From positions 1 to 46,667 of the forward strand of contig JBKGZT010000003.1 in the NCBI GenBank assembly GCA_046543235.1: a stretch of DNA of 46,667 nucleotides, read 5' to 3'. Origin of the DNA: Candidatus Acetothermia bacterium. Lineage in GTDB: Bacteria; Bipolaricaulota; Bipolaricaulia; M55B111. A program made the translations under genes and the position numbers. Shown in pieces: positions 46,262 to 46,667 of the stretch (position 1 is the stretch's first letter; the number at the start of each line of letters is the position of its first letter). A model generated the notes under the pieces. It made no database searches, was not told where the DNA came from, and saw only the letters and a list, made by a program, of their open reading frames with translations.

Positions 46262-46290
46262 ATGATAAAGAAAAACATAATTCATTGCAA
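46262..46290 (-). promoter_or_regulatory. Sigma70 promoter of tRNA-Leu (and possibly plsX-fab)
   Basis: The minus strand reads TTGCAA-17 nt-TATCAT, about 35 nt upstream of the tRNA 5' end. Confidence 0.6.
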
Positions 46291-46426
46291 CAAAGCCGAG
46301 ACAGTCCCCCATTTATAGAACCCGTGAATTAACCGGTTGAATCGTTAACCCTGGAGGGGGAAAATTAGCTGAAACCCTCAGCAGGGTTAAGTCAGCGTAT
46401 TGCTCGACTCGTAGCGGGGTGATAAC

Positions 46427-46663
46427 ATGCCGCCTTTTGCGAGGAAGTTCGGTGTCCTGCTGTTGTTTGCGGGTGGCCTCCTTTTTATCCTCGGTCTGGT
46501 CTTTTTCTTCGGCGGCAAAATCCCCTTTTTCGGGGACGTTCCGGGTGATTTTCATTTCGAAGGGGAACGGTTCGAAATCTTTTTCCCCCTGGGAAGTGCG
46601 GTTTTGATAAGCCTGGGTTTGACGGTTCTTATCAACCTATTACTGTGGCTCATTAATCGATAG
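46427..46663 (+). CDS. DUF2905 family small membrane protein
   Basis: Two TM segments flanking G.VPGDF...G..F.IFFPLGS..LIS. Confidence 0.85.
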   Translation: MPPFARKFGVLLLFAGGLLFILGLVFFFGGKIPFFGDVPGDFHFEGERFEIFFPLGSAVLISLGLTVLINLLLWLINR

Positions 46664-46667
46664 CTGA

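Noticed and set aside
46135-46332. 65-aa ORF in the track
   Set aside because: It is the antisense reading of tRNA-Leu.

Overview
This 46.7 kb window is almost entirely bacterial housekeeping DNA. It holds a translation super-operon (rplU-rpmA-obgE-nadD-infC-rpmI-rplT-glyQS), metG, gltX, asnS, nrnA-ribF-orf-cca, ruvB, uvrB, a K+-dependent Na+-type membrane pyrophosphatase, and a tRNA-Leu(GAG)-plsX-fabH-fabD-fabG-acpP cluster, plus scattered redox, pterin and metal genes. Soluble proteins look strongly Asp/Glu-rich and several genes are of types common in archaea (apgM, a DRG-like GTPase, a four-CxxC MetRS). This suggests a halophilic, deep-branching bacterium; Bipolaricaulota/Acetothermia is my inference, not a verified assignment. 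I found no CRISPR array, prophage, transposase or convincing new multi-gene system. The best unexplained signals are non-coding: a degenerate MITE-like repeat family spread over three intergenic gaps (about 10.04-10.17, 14.30-14.48 and 19.11-19.31 kb), a long hairpin between ruvB and uvrB, a Rex-like palindrome upstream of an AhpD-like/lpdA pair, and a structured leader before a ferredoxin/NifX pair. Also notable are an AUC start codon for infC that the ORF track missed, a DUF4384-PEGA protein with a beta-barrel-like tail, and two orphan proteins with terminal amphipathic helices. All calls come from motif recognition by eye; no searches were run.
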